Notes: a model not told the origin generated them from the letters alone. DNA of 64,000 bases from Octopus bimaculoides (GCF_001194135.2 NC_068985.1:126525083-126589082); one strand, 5' to 3'; positions 11,623 through 25,047 are shown, numbered from the stretch's first letter. Numbers and translations: made by a program.

Positions 11623-12245
11623 GAGGCGCGTAAGCTCTGATTGTGAAAGCAATATCTTTTTCTTTTTCTTTCTTCACGTTCTTTACCTATCCTTTCATGG
11701 TGGTCCAATGTCAGCTTTTTCCTTCTTTTTGTTGTTCGTTTCTCTGGTGGGATATTTAGCCACGTAATATCTTTCGATTACATCACATCATAAAACCGAC
11801 CACAATAATTTTGGAAATCATGATGATCACCATCATCATCATCATCATCGTCGTCGTCGTCATCGTCGTCGTCGTCATCGTCATCACCGCCGCTGTCACT
11901 ACCATTGTCATAATCAGAATCATGATGATAATACGATCTTGTTCATTGCACACAATCACTATGGTTAGTAAGAGTGATTTCGAATAAAGACATAACGTCA
12001 TGCGTGTGTGTGTGTGTGTGTCTTTTTTGCGTGTAGGGTCTGCAGGCGATTAAACCTTAATAAGGATGAAAGGCGAAGTCAACCCCAACAGGATTTTCAA
12101 GTCAATGTGTAACAATGCAGCAAAACGTTAAGTCTAAAATACTATGAACGCTACCTTCCTCCACTCACCCACCCCTCTCTCTCTCTCTTTTCTATATTTA
12201 TTTATTTCTGTCTCTCTGTTATATCTGCATATCTGTATATATAGG

Positions 12246-12350
<105 letters not shown>

Positions 12351-12359
12351 ATATGCACC

Positions 12360-12552
12360 CTTTCAAAGCCTAGCCAGGCTCATGGGTTCGGTTTCCCGGT
12401 TTCTATGGCGTATGTGTTCACCCCAGCTGGACGGGACGCCAGTCCATCACAGCGTTACTCAAGAAACAGGAAGAAAGAGAGAGAGAAAGTTGGGGCGAAA
12501 GAGTACAACCGGGGTCGCCACCATCCCCTGTCGGAACCTCGTGGAGCTTTAG
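12360..12552 (-). mobile_element. SINE family C-related 3' region, ending at a gap
   Basis: ggacgggacgccagtccatcacagcgttactca is shared with 2200-2232. Confidence 0.55.
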
Positions 12553-13319
12553 NNNNNNNNNNNNNNNNNNNNNNNNNNNNNNNNNNNNNNNNNNNNNNNN
12601 NNNNNNNNNNNNNNNNNNNNNNNNNNNNNNNNNNNNNNNNNNNNNNNNNNNNNNNNNNNNNNNNNNNNNNNNNNNNNNNNNNNNNNNNNNNNNNNNNNNN
12701 NNNNNNNNNNNNNNNNNNNNNNNNNNNNNNNNNNNNNNNNNNNNNNNNNNNNNNNNNNNNNNNNNNNNNNNNNNNNNNNNNNNNNNNNNNNNNNNNNNNN
12801 NNNNNNNNNNNNNNNNNNNNNNNNNNNNNNNNNNNNNNNNNNNNNNNNNNNNNNNNNNNNNNNNNNNNNNNNNNNNNNNNNNNNNNNNNNNNNNNNNNNN
12901 NNNNNNNNNNNNNNNNNNNNNNNNNNNNNNNNNNNNNNNNNNNNNNNNNNNNNNNNNNNNNNNNNNNNNNNNNNNNNNNNNNNNNNNNNNNNNNNNNNNN
13001 NNNNNNNNNNNNNNNNNNNNNNNNNNNNNNNNNNNNNNNNNNNNNNNNNNNNNNNNNNNNNNNNNNNNNNNNNNNNNNNNNNNNNNNNNNNNNNNNNNNN
13101 NNNNNNNNNNNNNNNNNNNNNNNNNNNNNNNNNNNNNNNNNNNNNNNNNNNNNNNNNNNNNNNNNNNNNNNNNNNNNNNNNNNNNNNNNNNNNNNNNNNN
13201 NNNNNNNNNNNNNNNNNNNNNNNNNNNNNNNNNNNNNNNNNNNNNNNNNNNNNNNNNGTGTTTACATACCGAAGGGCTGGGTAAAAATTATTAATTGTTG
13301 ATTTATTAATAAATTAATA

Positions 13320-13400
13320 AATTGATAAACCTTTACCCTTTTAATTGTGTATATATATCTATATATATATACACAATTAAAAGGGTAAAGGTTTATCAAT

Positions 13401-13401
<1 letters not shown>
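13320..13401. repeat. Perfect inverted repeat, 39-bp arms, 4-nt loop
   Basis: 13320-13358 is the exact reverse complement of 13363-13401; the loop is ctat. Confidence 0.9.
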
Positions 13402-13454
<53 letters not shown>

Positions 13455-13455
<1 letters not shown>

Positions 13456-13640
13456 CACTAGTTTCAGTCATTAGACTGCGGCCATGCTGGGTCACTGCCA
13501 TAGAGAATTTGTAAACCTGGTACTTATTCTATCTGACTCTTTTACCGAACCGCTGAGTTACGGGTACGTAAACACGCCACCACCGGTTGTCAAGCGGTGA
13601 GATGGAGAACAAACACACACATACACACACACACATGAAA
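13455..13640 (-). mobile_element. SINE family A, 3' half
   Basis: gtttcagtcattagactgcggccatgctgg...ggtacttattctatc...ccgaaccgctgagttacggg...cggttgtcaagcgg. Confidence 0.8.
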
Positions 13641-15089
13641 AAGGAAAATAAGTAACTACAAAAAGCAAAATAGTACTCTATAAGATTCTAAATCCCAAAC
13701 TAAACCGGAGATAGTTAACTCTACTTCTAAAAGCAACTTCCTTTATACTAATTGACCCTAACACAAGACACGCGATGATAAGAAAAATGTAAACTTTAGA
13801 CGTTTCGAGTTTTAAGCTCTTCAAAAATTTAGACAAAAGAAAAGACATGTTAAAAATTGAAATTAAACGAGTATAATGGAGAAATACGTTAAGTAATACC
13901 ATGTGCGTGGGGGAGGGGTGTTGCGACTGCGTTCATGAAAGGAAAGTCGTAGACTTGTTGTTGTTGTTGTTGTTTGACTCCAGGTCAACTCTAGTTGGGC
14001 AACCCTAAGATCAAGAAGCTTTCTCCTTTATTCATTTTATCTATTTGTATATCAGGCACGGTAATTATTGCTTAATGTGTACTTCACTGTTTAAATAGTT
14101 GAGTAGATAATATAAAAATTTGAATATTTCTCGCTCGTCGATTGGCCGCATAGAGGCACCATCGTTGGCTTGAATTTCATTAGGCTGAAGACAATAATGT
14201 GAAACGTGGTGTATTAGGGAGTAATTAAATCCAAACGATTGTATTTCGAATAGTGTCCGAATGAGATCAAATTTGCAACAAACGTATCCATTTAATAACG
14301 CAATCTTTGCAAGCTTATGAAATATAATTTATCGATAATTGATCACAATCACAGCTAAGTGGAGTTCATTGGGAAACTGAGATTTAAGTGAGTAGGAGTT
14401 ATGTTTGTTGCTTTGCTAATTGCAATGGAGCTATGCTGCACCAGTGATAGGATTCGAAACAGCGACTCCTCTCTTAGAACTCTGGCATAATATCAATTCA
14501 GTTATCTTTTAAACTCGACGCATTTAAATAAAGTTACAAACGGAAAAACTAAAAAGCGAAACTAAAGATTAGTAAGACAACGGAAAACCACGTTAAGTTA
14601 TATTAGGTAAGAAACAATGAAATCGTGTCTCTATAGAGGAGCCGTCGTTGTTGTTGTTATTGTTGCTGTTGCTGTTGCTGTTGCTGTTGTTGCTGATGCT
14701 GTTGTTGTTGTTGTTTAACTCATTGTTGTCCCTGATTGAGTAAGGCCTATTAACAAAGGCGTTCTGTCATGCCTAGCCCATATTTTATTTCAATTGTGTA
14801 ATCCATCATTACTTTATCTAATGCTACTTCTATTTTACAATAAAGTACGTTGTGATTTGAGAAAGATTTGACAGCTATTTTTAGCAGTTTGAGCAACCAT
14901 CTAAAGGCTCCTTTGTTAGCTCATCAATAGATTTGTCACAATGTAAGGTGTGGCGACACAAAGCTTGAGAATAGCAACAACTTCGTGCGTGACCTAGAAT
15001 AGTAGGTTTAATTAGGACATCACGTCATAAAGTTCAGCATGTCCCGCGCTGCAAAATTTTAGGATTGTCGTCACACCGCGCCCCACCTT

Positions 15090-15123
<34 letters not shown>

Positions 15124-15342
15124 TCACACATGCTTAGTTACACATACAAAAAGAAGTTTTCAGTCGATTTTTTTCATACTGCAATAACGTCATAAAAATT
15201 GCATAAGGTTGCCATCTGCATGATGTCTATATAGTTAAGTACGTGCGGGAGGTTGGGGACAAATATACTTAATGTAATGAGCCAAAAGGAAATTTTTTTA
15301 ATCAATTAAAATAATACCTGAAATGGGAAAATTTATGAGTCA

Positions 15343-15575
15343 CAGGCGTGGCTGTATGGTTAAGAAGTTTGCTTCCCAACCATGTGGTTTTGGGCTCAGT
15401 CCTACGGCACGGCATCTTGAGTGTCTTCTACTATTGCTCCGAGCCGACCAAATCCTTTCGAGTGAATATGGTAGACGGAAACTGAAAGAAGCTCATTATT
15501 TGTGTGTGTGTGTGTGTGTGTGTATGTGTGTGTATATATATGTATGTATGTATGTGTGTGTGTGTGTGTGTGTCT
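15343..15575 (+). mobile_element. SINE family A, 5' half (tRNA-derived head) plus internal microsatellite
   Basis: aggcgtggctgtatggttaagaagtttgcttcccaaccatg...ggtagacggaaactgaaagaagc followed by (TG)n. Confidence 0.8.
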
Positions 15576-16220
15576 TTTAAATTCGTCTATGGAAACGTTA
15601 AGGGTATTCAAATAAAGCTCCTATTTAATTATGCCGGCCACCATCTAATGATGCTGACTAGTAAGTCAGTTTTTTGGGGTTGCATCATGGTTATACCGAT
15701 ATAATGTAGGATATATATAATAATAACAATAATTCTAGGATGGAACATATAGATAGATAGATAGATAGATAGATGGATATATATATANNNNNNNNNNNNN
15801 NNNNNNNNNNNNNNNNNNNNNNNNNNNNNNNNNNNNNNNNNNNNNNNNNNNNNNNNNNNNNNNNNNNNNNNNNNNNNNNNNNNNNNNNNNNNNNNNNNNN
15901 NNNNNNNNNNNNNNNNNNNNNNNNNNNNNNNNNNNNNNNNNNNNNNNNNNNNNNNNNNNNNNNNNNNNNNNNNNNNNNNNNNNNNNNNNNNNNNNNNNNN
16001 NNNNNNNNNNNNNNNNNNNNNNNNNNNNNNNNNNNNNNNNNNNNNNNNNNNNNNNNNNNNNNNNNNNNNNNNNNNNNNNNNNNNNNNNNNNNNNNNNNNN
16101 NNNNNNNNNNNNNNNNNNNNNNNNNNNNNNNNNNNNNNNNNNNNNNNNNNNNNNNNNNNNNNNNNNNNNNNNNNNNNNNNNNNNNNNNNNNNNNNNNNNN
16201 NNNNNNNNNNNNNNNNNNNN

Positions 16221-16282
<62 letters not shown>

Positions 16283-16287
<5 letters not shown>

Positions 16288-16470
16288 TGTCCACCACCAC
16301 CACTACCATCACTTGTCAACCAGTGTTGGTTTGTTTCTATTTCCTGCAATATAGCGGTTCGGCAAAAAGAACCGATAGAATATGTACTAGATTTAAAATA
16401 TAGTGCCTAAGTCGATTTGGTCGGCTAAAAGCCCAATATGGCCGCAGTCCAATAGCTAAAGCAGGTAAAG
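16283..16470 (+). mobile_element. SINE family A, 3' half after a gap
   Basis: gcttgtccaccacc...cttgtcaaccagtgttggtttg...agcggttcggcaaaaagaaccgatagaata...atggccgcagtc. Confidence 0.75.
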
Positions 16471-16856
16471 TATCGAAAAGTGAGAAGATAGTGTTAATAG
16501 TAATTCCTGCTAAAAAAGCCAAGAAAGGTAACTCGAAATAATTAAACATTTAATGGGAGTGATTCTGATCTTAGAAAGACGGTGATGATTCCGATCATGT
16601 TTCGTTCGTATTAAATGTTCTCAGTTAAACATATTTTTAATTGCAATTAATTACCAGACTTTAGAACGTCTAAGAGAATATATAGATATTGAGAGAAAGA
16701 ACATATGAAATAAGTGACTTAGATGAAGGAAATATTGTTGAATGGGAGTTAAATTGCTTAAGGTAGTGGGCCGAAGGACATTTTTTTTCTATTATCATCA
16801 GCTAAAATATTTTCAGTGTGCCTCTCCCCATACATACTAACACACACACTCACACA

Positions 16857-16908
<52 letters not shown>

Positions 16909-17407
16909 TAAACACACACGCACGCACACACACACACATACGTAAGGAATATGTATATGTACACATATGCATACATTTATACATATACAAATATATACAT
17001 ATATACACATGCATACATATACATACAAATAAATAAATAAATAAATAAATGATGGTTGCAACTCGATTTCGAGCAATGCCATCACTTGATTTTTCTCTTA
17101 GATATAAGTAGCGGGGATATGGATTTTCAGTCCTGCGTGTGGTGGGGGGCTACATTTTTCTTTGCGCAGATGTGACGCCTCTTGCAACAGGTGTTCAGAG
17201 AGCTTACCGCCTACGCTGACACATGCCTTCATTCGATCATAACATTTTGCATTGAGTATTTTACCTTTTTTTCGGCTACGATCTCAGCCATAGTAAAAAA
17301 AAAAACACATAATAGACCAATCACACGCTCGAAACTACGTATGCATTTGACCCCAGAAGAACAGTTGTTCTATCAACGTTTTCATTCTCCTGGAGAAATG
17401 TTTAAAT

Positions 17408-17639
17408 CAGCGGTTCTCAACCGGAGTCCTTATGACCTTTGGGGCTCTATGTTTGTTATAATTTATATGCTATAAATTAGTTATTAATTTTACAATACAC
17501 GAAATAATTTAACAATTTTTAATGCAATTTTTAATAATATTTAATTCTAAAAATGTAATCGAATTTATATATGGGTTCATCCGAGTAAAAAAGGAATCAA
17601 AGACATCCATAGGTTTAAAAATATGGTTGAAAAACGCTG
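17408..17639. mobile_element. hAT (Charlie-like) MITE, 232 bp
   Basis: TIR cagcggttctcaacc / ggttgaaaaacgctg (13/15 match). 8-bp TSD gtttaaat (17400-17407) / gtttaaac (17640-17647). Confidence 0.85.
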
Positions 17640-17886
17640 GTTTAAACAAAGACTAAGGGTCTCTCACGCCCAGTTGTTGAATGGCCGTTGACTCGACTGA
17701 GTTCATCTACCCATTGATAGGTTTTGTTTGACTGCCTACAGGATGTCTAACGAAAACCACAATCCTTACCAAGTAGGTTTTGGAGGGTTACCAGCTGGGA
17801 CACCGACTGCCAGACCATGCGACACGTTGTATTGGGTTACATGTTACCAGTAGTTACCAGTAGCGCTAAGAGTGATATACATACAT

Positions 17887-17934
<48 letters not shown>

Positions 17935-19700
17935 CGCCTACACACACACACACATGTACACACGTGCGCGCACATATATATATGTGTGTGTGTGTGTATA
18001 ATGTATGTATGCATGTATGTATGCAAAGAGCGAGATGCGTGAGTGTGTGTGTGTGTTCGCATAAAAATCACCCTACATTTATAAACGCAACAATCTGTAT
18101 AAACCAGAGAGGTAGGGAACATGTTTACATTTAAAGGCCTCTTTAAAGTTAACTGCTGTCTGACAAGCATGCATTTCAAACAAAAGAAATTCTTATACCT
18201 ATTATTTTATACTTAGAACAGGCATAAAACATGTAAACTAATATTTTATAAAACAAAGTGTCTCTCATACTGATGGGACATATATCTTAGTTACGTATTA
18301 CACACTTTTCCTTAATAAATGTGACTGATTGTTCTACTCCATGTTACTTGCAGTTAAAATGTTTCTCATCATTATGAGATACCTCGTATAATAAATTGTT
18401 GATAAAAAATCCCTACAACATGGAAAATAACAAGGTTTCGGAATACGCATCCAACCACAACCGTTAATATTTCTGCGTTTCAAATTCAATAATAGTTTCT
18501 TTAAACGTGTAATTGCATCTTTAGATAAAGAAGTACAAATATGTGTTTCTAAAATCTCCAGTTACTCGGAAAGATAAGCATTAAGTAAAGTTAAAACAAT
18601 AAAATTATATTTTAGTATAACGGTTTTTTCTTCGCTAACATTTTGCATTTCTTTCATTTATAGGCTCTTCCCGCTCCATGAGTTTCCTATGTCTGATGTA
18701 AGATATCATGAATGACGATGGCAGGTCGAGCGATCACTGAGAGGCCACCGTGTTGTCTCATCAACAGATAAGTGACATTGTAAGTGGTCGAAAGCCAAAG
18801 CTTTGCAGTAGCTTCAGCCTCGTGCATGACGCAAATACTCTTAGCAGATCATCACGTCACACACTGAAACTAAACCAAACAGATAAACTTTTGCGCTTTT
18901 TATTATTTTTATTTTTTTATTTTTTAGGCGAAATGAAAGGACAGTTCCCATAACTTTTTTTGGCCGCTTTGGGTTTGCTCCTAGATTGGTGAAAATAAAG
19001 AAGGTATTTTCAAACGGGAAACCTGGCCCGAACGATTACAACAAAGTATACTCCTCTAAAAGCACTTAAGGTGCCAGATGGTGATGGCAAACTGAGTCAC
19101 GCGCTAAGTTTATCACCCAAACAGACCATGACCGGATTTGAACTCTGAGCGCAAAGAACAACAGCCAAGAAATGTAAGTAAGAAATGTAAATACGTTGAG
19201 GGAGGAGCTAGCTAGCCCTTCCCTCAGAAATGGTATGCAGCCTGGAACCGTTTGCTGACTGACTGATGTGTAGTGGAGTACGGAATGGGAATAAAGAAGA
19301 CGCGACGCACTTGGATGAAATGATGATGACCAGAGTATGCAATCAGCGCTGATCTGGGCTGAACAATAACAACAATTATCTTCAGTTCATAATCTAGGCG
19401 GCCAATTGGTAGATCAGACAGGTTGATTAGCAGTAAACGTTTCGGCTCTCTGCTCATGAGTTCAAATCCCATCAAGGTCACCTTTGCTTTGCACCGATTG
19501 GGGATCGATGTATGAAGTGGCAGACTTGCACAGGAGTTGATTCATCTGTTTCTCTCACTCTTTCTTTCTGTCTATCACTCTTTCAGAAAGAAAGTGGGTG
19601 CGATCATTCTTGGAGAGGTATTGCCTCCGACAAGTCTAAATATGCTCAAGCGAGTCGTCTGTCACTAAGATACCTTTACGACCTCATCAAATAGTTTAAG

Positions 19701-21469
19701 GCCTAAAGCGAGATCAATACACTCCATAATGTATCAAGTAGCTCTGAAACACTTTCGTACACCATCTTGAAATACGCTTAACATCGAATTCCTGAACAAA
19801 CTGACAATATTCAGATATAGCAATACAATGATAAACTCTGTGTTCGCTTGAATGACAAATGTGATCTGAGGCTAATATCATTTGATACATCGCTCAGCTA
19901 TTGTTGCTGAGTTAATAAAGACCAGAGCCTTTTTTCTGGTTGAGAACTATATAACGTTATTTACGCATACACACGTCTATGTATGAATGTGTACATTATG
20001 CGTATATACACGCTCATACGCTCATATATATATATATATANNNNNNNNNNNNNNNNNNNNNNNNNNNNNNNNNNNNNNNNNNNNNNNNNNNNNNNNNNNN
20101 NNNNNNNNNNNNNNNNNNNNNNNNNNNNNNNNNNNNNNNNNNNNNNNNNNNNNNNNNNNNNNNNNNNNNNNNNNNNNNNNNNNNNNNNNNNNNNNNNNNN
20201 NNNNNNNNNNNNNNNNNNNNNNNNNNNNNNNNNNNNNNNNNNNNNNNNNNNNNNNNNNNNNNNNNNNNNNNNNNNNNNNNNNNNNNNNNNNNNNNNNNNN
20301 NNNNNNNNNNNNNNNNNNNNNNNNNNNNNNNNNNNNNNNNNNNNATATATATATATATATATATATATATATACGCACGCACACATACACATACAAATTA
20401 TAACACCTGTAATTTATTTCCTCTTTTGTTTAGAAAAATTCAAAGATAAAAAAATATATGCAGTATTTCATTTTGATATATTAAATCATTTTACCGTACA
20501 TTCCAACCGGTTTTCACTCTAAGAATTCTTCAAATAGAAATTAGTAAAATAAGCTTTTAAGCAGTACTAACCAAGGGAGACTAACAGGCAGATACAGTAA
20601 TAGGACTTAGATTTCACAAGCAGATTCAATAATGCGAATAAATAGAAAGATGAGATTATTGCAGGTAGATGACTAATGAGGATACAGAATTACATGACAA
20701 GGAGGGTATCAGATAACAAGGCAAATTCGGTAAAGAAATCAAGTGAAAAGTTATTATTTAAACAATAAGGTAAGGAGTGTTTAGTCAGAAACGAAAGTGG
20801 CACGTAGAGGGTTTTATACAATAGACTGACTCAGGGACGTTCACAGACAAATACAGTAATGGAAATCAGATAGATACATAAGTAGAGAGATGAGAATGTT
20901 GTGGATGCAGGAAGAATCTTGGCAAATGCAGGTGATAACCCCGGAATGTTGTGTCATATTAGACCTCCACTGCGAAGTATAACCAACCCCATACTTAATG
21001 GATTAGTGATAAGAGAATCACTATATTTATATATAATAATGTAGGCGAGTAGGGGTCAAGAATTATCATTAGGGATATAGCACATCATACTTAAAGTAGT
21101 GAGATGAGGTAATAAGATAAGGGTGTACATTCATATATATATATATATGTGTGTGTGTGTGTATGGAGGGTGTATAGTTGAAATTTACAGAAAAACATAT
21201 GACGAAGACAGGTGTATAAATAATAAGCAAATGTATTAGTTTGACGCACGGGAAGGTGGGAAAGTCTTTTACGTTTCGAGCCTCAGCTCTTCAGCAGAAA
21301 GGAGCACGAGGAAATAAAGAGAGAGAGAATAAAAAAAAAACTTGTGAATTTAGCGGTCAATCATGCAATTCATGTTAGGAATTCGATGTTAGGCGTATTT
21401 CGAGATGGTGTACGAAAGTGTTTCAGAGCTACTTGATACATTATGGAGTGTATTGACCTAGCTTTAGGC
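19701..21469. repeat. Pair of 93-bp inverted repeats (19701-19793 and 21377-21469)
   Basis: The arms are 89/93 identical by manual alignment. Confidence 0.9.
21266..21301 (-). ncRNA. Degenerate minimal type I hammerhead ribozyme motif (A6 to C)
   Basis: Minus strand: CUUU CUGCUGA A GAGC UGAG GCUC GAAAC GUA^ AAAG. Helix I 4 bp, helix II 4 bp, palindromic ACGU helix III. Confidence 0.6.
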
Positions 21470-23394
21470 TCTCTCTCTCTCTCTCTCTCTGTATATATAT
21501 ATATATATATATATGGATATATATATATATATATATGTATANNNNNNNNNNNNNNNNNNNNNNNNNNNNNNNNNNNNNNNNNNNNNNNNNNNNNNNNNNN
21601 NNNNNNNNNNNNNNNNNNNNNNNNNNNNNNNNNNNNNNNNNNNNNNNNNNNNNNNNNNNNNNNNNNNNNNNNNNNNNNNNNNNNNNNNNNNNNNNNNNNN
21701 NNNNNNNNNNNNNNNNNNNNNNNNNNNNNNNNNNNNNNNNNNNNNNNNNNNNNNNNNNNNNNNNNNNNNNNNNNNNNNNNNNNNNNNNNNNNNNNNNNNN
21801 NNNNNNNNNNNNNNNNNNNNNNNNNNNNNNNNNNNNNNNNNNNNNNNNNNNNNNNNNNNNNNNNNNNNNNNNNNNNNNNNNNNNNNNNNNNNNNNNNNNN
21901 NNNNNNNNNNNNNNNNNNNNNNNNNNNNNNNNNNNNNNNNNNNNNNNNNNNNNNNNNNNNNNNNNNNNNNNNNNNNNNNNNNNNNNNNNNNNNNNNNNNN
22001 NNNNNNNNNNNNNNNNNNNNNNNNNNNNNNNNNNNNNNNNNNNNNNNNNNNNNNNNNNNNNNNNNNNNNNNNNNNNNNNNNNNNNNNNNNNNNNNNNNNN
22101 NNNNNNNNNNNNNNNNNNNNNNNNNNNNNNNNNNNNNNNNNNNNNNNNNNNNNNNNNNNATATATATATATATATATATACATACACACACACGCATACA
22201 GACACACACACACATATATATGCGTGAGTGTATATACACATATATATGTGTGTGTGTGCATGCGCACGCACACTTGTAATCATATGTCGTCCGATGACAA
22301 CATCTGCGGAGAAACTTGGATAACTTTAGTTGATTGAATCTTGTCATTTCACTGTATAGCATACGTGAGACACTATAGTGTTGGTATTTATTATGCTATT
22401 CAGAGCACTCTGACGTTGTATTTTCTATCGTTTTTAAATATATATATATATATTGTATGCACTCAACAAGATTTTGACGACTACACTATTTCCATATCTC
22501 CACGCCACCCCAGTTTCACTGAAGAATAACACAGGTCGAACGGCTTTTGAAGATATTTACGTTTCACGTCGATGACTCACTTGGGTTAGGATGGGTGTAA
22601 TCTGTTTACTTTATTTATTTTATTTATTTTATTTATTTATTGGTTTCATTGTTTTAAATCGCTTCACATCACCAAACATTTCGGTCAACCAGTTAAATAT
22701 TCTCAAGCAATCGTGCAAATCTTATTGCCGTTCCTTAAAAATCCTTTCTTGTTTGTCATTTTCTTTATAGATACATACGTGCATGCATATATACACATAC
22801 ATATTTACACATATACAAACGCGTATATATACATATAATACATATATATATATATATANNNNNNNNNNNNNNNNNNNNNNNNNNNNNNNNNNNNNNNNNN
22901 NNNNNNNNNNNNNNNNNNNNNNNNNNNNNNNNNNNNNNNNNNNNNNNNNNNNNNNNNNNNNNNNNNNNNNNNNNNNNNNNNNNNNNNNNNNNNNNNNNNN
23001 NNNNNNNNNNNNNNNNNNNNNNNNNNNNNNNNNNNNNNNNNNNNNNNNNNNNNNNNNNNNNNNNNNNNNNNNNNNNNNNNNNNNNNNNNNNNNNNNNNNN
23101 NNNNNNNNNNNNNNNNNNNNNNNNNNNNNNNNNNNNNNNNNNNNNNNNNNNNNNNNNNNNNNNNNNNNNNNNNNNNNNNNNNNNNNNNNNNNNNNNNNNN
23201 NNNNNNNNNNNNNNNNNNNNNNNNNNNNNNNNNNNNNNNNNNNNNNNNNNNNNNNNNNNNNNNNNNNNNNNNNNNNNNNNNNNNNNNNNNNNNNNNNNNN
23301 NNNNNNNNNNNNNNNNNNNNNNNNNNNNNNNNNNNNNNNNNNNNNNNNNNNNNNNNNNNNNNNNNNNNNNNNNNNNNNNNNNNNNNNNNNNNNN

Positions 23395-23429
<35 letters not shown>

Positions 23430-23962
23430 ATATTGTTGTATCTCGTGAGGATCACTATGCCCACGATAAACACATGCACAGCTTTTATTTCACTTATTCT
23501 TATTTGTCAATTGCTTAACCATTTAACCAATTAACTAATTGATTGTTTGATTAATCATTTAGTCACTCAATCAGCTAGGTTTTTCAAAGTTCTTTCGTCG
23601 CCATTTGTGATCTCATCAACGACATGATCTGTGATCAGAAGCAGGCTTGGCGTAGAGACAACATATCAATAATGGGGTTGCGAATGGCAACAAAACAACT
23701 TTGATCAATCTGGGTGATTGATCAGTTAATTGGTTTCATGGTTAACCAAATTACAAGAATAAAGAATTGTAACGAAAGCAGTACGTGTTTATTGTTGGCA
23801 TAACGACCCTCCTAAAATACAACAAACTATATTTCAACGCTGGAGCTTGCATCAAAAATCTTGCAAACCAAATACAAAAACGAAATATGTGTATATGTAC
23901 AAGCGCGCGAGCAAACGCACACACATACACAAACTCAGACATACAAACACACACACACACGC

Positions 23963-24700
23963 CCAGCTACCAACAGACTGTGTCCTCCACTATCCATGAC
24001 ATCATCTCCTTCTCCCGTCCCCCTACCGCCTCTAACCTCATTGTCCGCACCCCTCGCTCCCCTACAATTTACTTCCTTCCCAAAATCTACAAACCTAACA
24101 ACCCTGGCCGTCCCATCGGCGCCGCCTGCAACTGCCCCACCGAACTCATCTCCAGATATTTTGACCGTGTCCTTACCTCCCCTTAGTGGCTTCCCTCCCC
24201 TCTCACATCCATGACACCAACCATGCTCTTCGTTTGTTCAACTCTTTCTCCTTCCCTCTTAGCTCCTCTAAACTTGTCTTCACTCTTGACATCCAGAGCC
24301 TATACACGGTGATCCCTCACCACGAGGGGCTGCGTACACTAAAACATTTCCTTGACCTTCGACCCAATCCCCAGCCTGATACATCCACACTCCTTTGTCT
24401 GGTCGAACTTGTCCTCTAACTTAACTGGTTCTCACTCGCGGGTGAGTTTTACCAGCAGTGTCTCGGGAGTGGCCATGGGAACGAGAATGGGCCCCGACTA
24501 TGCGAACCTGTTCGTTGGGTACGTTGAGGCCCAAATATTCTCAAGTTTCACTGGTCCCACTCCCGAACTATACGGTCGTTATATTGACGACTGTATCGGT
24601 GCGACCTCCCCCTCCCGCGAACATCTCGACTCCTTCCTCTCTTTTGTCCAATCTTTCCATCTTGCCCTCCACTTCTCCTGCATTATTTCCGACACTGCCG
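23963..24700 (+). mobile_element. Penelope-like element reverse transcriptase fragment (pseudogene; Neptune-like by resemblance)
   Basis: Frameshifted ORFs give IYFLPKIYKPNNPGRPI..ACNCPTELISRYFD, SHIHDTNHAL, FTLDIQSLYTVIPH, GVAMGTRMGPDYANLFVGYVE and YGRYIDDC, which are PLE RT motifs. Confidence 0.9.
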
Positions 24701-24995
24701 AAAGTTCCTTGTCATGAACAGCCTGATAATGCTCCTGTGAATTAGTTGGTAACGACAGGAATAGTATATATATGTTAAAACCTGGTGCAGATCTCAATAT
24801 ACGTATGTTTCTGAAAGACGGGTGAATTGCGTACAGAGCGAGAGTGGCAATAAGTAAAGAGAGGACGAAAGAATAAACGATTATCTTTTGAGCTAATGAA
24901 GTTCAAAAGATAATCCTTTATTCTTTGTCATCTCTTTTCTTTTATACATATATATATATAAAGAGAGAGAGTGAGTGAGAGAGAGAGAGAGAGAG

Positions 24996-25045
<50 letters not shown>

Positions 25046-25047
<2 letters not shown>

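Noticed and set aside
13793-13830. Minus-strand ttttga-agagc-ttaaa-actc-gaaac-gtc resembling the 21266 motif
   Set aside because: Only 4 of 7 core bases match and there is no helix I; at most an unrecognisable relic.
14185-14215. ctgaagacaataatgtgaaacgtg as a hammerhead
   Set aside because: Helix II does not pair in register, and GUG is not an NUH cleavage triplet.
20530-21120. Possible decayed Penelope endonuclease region on the minus strand
   Set aside because: Only vague Cys-rich hints among many stops; no motif I can support.
22545-22590. Minus-strand gtgagtcatcgacgtgaaacgta as a hammerhead
   Set aside because: The core is not CUGANGA and helix II is out of register.
23575-23720. Short open frames on both strands in non-repetitive sequence
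   Set aside because: No convincing paired splice sites and no recognisable peptide.
24700-24760. Minus-strand acceptor-like ctaattcacag followed by EHYQAVHDKELSA
   Set aside because: Only 13 codons, no good donor, and it abuts the PLE junction; cannot be distinguished from chance.
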